Source: Eledone cirrhosa (taxonomy: Eukaryota). Taken from it: a stretch of 64,000 nt of DNA. The stretch is from NCBI GenBank assembly GCA_964016885.1, contig OZ024744.1, forward strand, positions 121,396,001 to 121,460,000, written 5' to 3'. The notes under the pieces were generated by a model that did not search any database, was not told the DNA's origin, and saw nothing but the letters and a program-made list of their open reading frames with translations. Of this stretch, positions 63,941 through 64,000 are shown piece by piece. The position numbers and the translations under genes are program-made. The stretch's first letter is position 1, and each line of letters opens with the position of its first letter.

Positions 63941-64000
63941 GTAAGAGGAATAGATGTCGTGATGGATGTTGTGAAGAGAGATAGTGTGAGATGGTTCGGT

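Larger units (their letters stand above)
1..64000 (+). repeat. Satellite DNA array: about 710 head-to-tail copies of a 90-bp monomer, extending beyond both window edges
   Basis: The same 90-bp unit (exact consensus at 5701-5790) recurs continuously from base 1 to 64000. Copies typically differ by a few substitutions and occasional 1-2 bp indels. The ORF track shows a 30-aa periodicity throughout. No inversion or foreign insertion was seen. Confidence 0.99.

Noticed and set aside
1-64000. CRISPR array or other repeat-spacer system
   Set aside because: There are no unique spacers; the entire 90 bp is repeated. No palindromic repeat, leader or cas genes are present.
1-64000. Telomeric repeat tract (TTGGG/TTAGG motifs on a G-rich strand)
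   Set aside because: TTGGG occurs once per monomer and TTAGG only as a sporadic variant; neither is tandemly repeated. A subtelomeric location cannot be judged from this window.
1-64000. Intact or active retrotransposon
   Set aside because: Only a 30-codon slice is present. No endonuclease or RT core, 3' tail or target-site duplication is visible.
7400-64000. Programmed frameshifting or a cassette-based protein diversification system (recurring 'GIRGSDGCCEER' C-termini)
   Set aside because: The recurring tail is just the alternative frame read after one +C insertion allele that spread by duplication. No expression locus, recombinase or recoding signal is visible.

Overview
The whole 64-kb window is one uninterrupted, head-to-tail tandem array (satellite DNA) of a 90-bp monomer, about 710 copies (64000/90), all in the same orientation. 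An exact consensus copy lies at 5701-5790: GAGAGGAATAGAGGTAGTGATGGATGTTGTGAAGAGAGATAGTGTGAGATGGTTGGGTCATGTGTTGAGGAAGGATAAAAGTGACTGGGT (38 G, 27 A, 23 T, 2 C; no CpG). I see no unique sequence, real gene, RNA gene, CRISPR spacer or intact transposon, and all ORFs in the track are translations of the repeat. The main observation is that the open + frame of the monomer (RGIEVVMDVVKRDSVRWLGHVLRKDKSDWV) resembles the conserved 'R-x-R-L-R-W-x-G-H-V-x-R' segment that follows the reverse transcriptase domain of RTE-clade non-LTR retrotransposons. The satellite therefore appears to be an amplified 90-bp in-frame slice of a LINE ORF; this comes from motif recall, not a database search. Diagnostic variants show a nested higher-order history: a recurrent ordered cassette of variant monomers, recent near-identical duplications with periods of 181, 361, 721, 3046, 3603 and 5495 bp, older dispersed duplications, and alleles confined to parts of the array. 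The source is most likely a eukaryotic genome (inference). Block boundaries were read by eye and are approximate.
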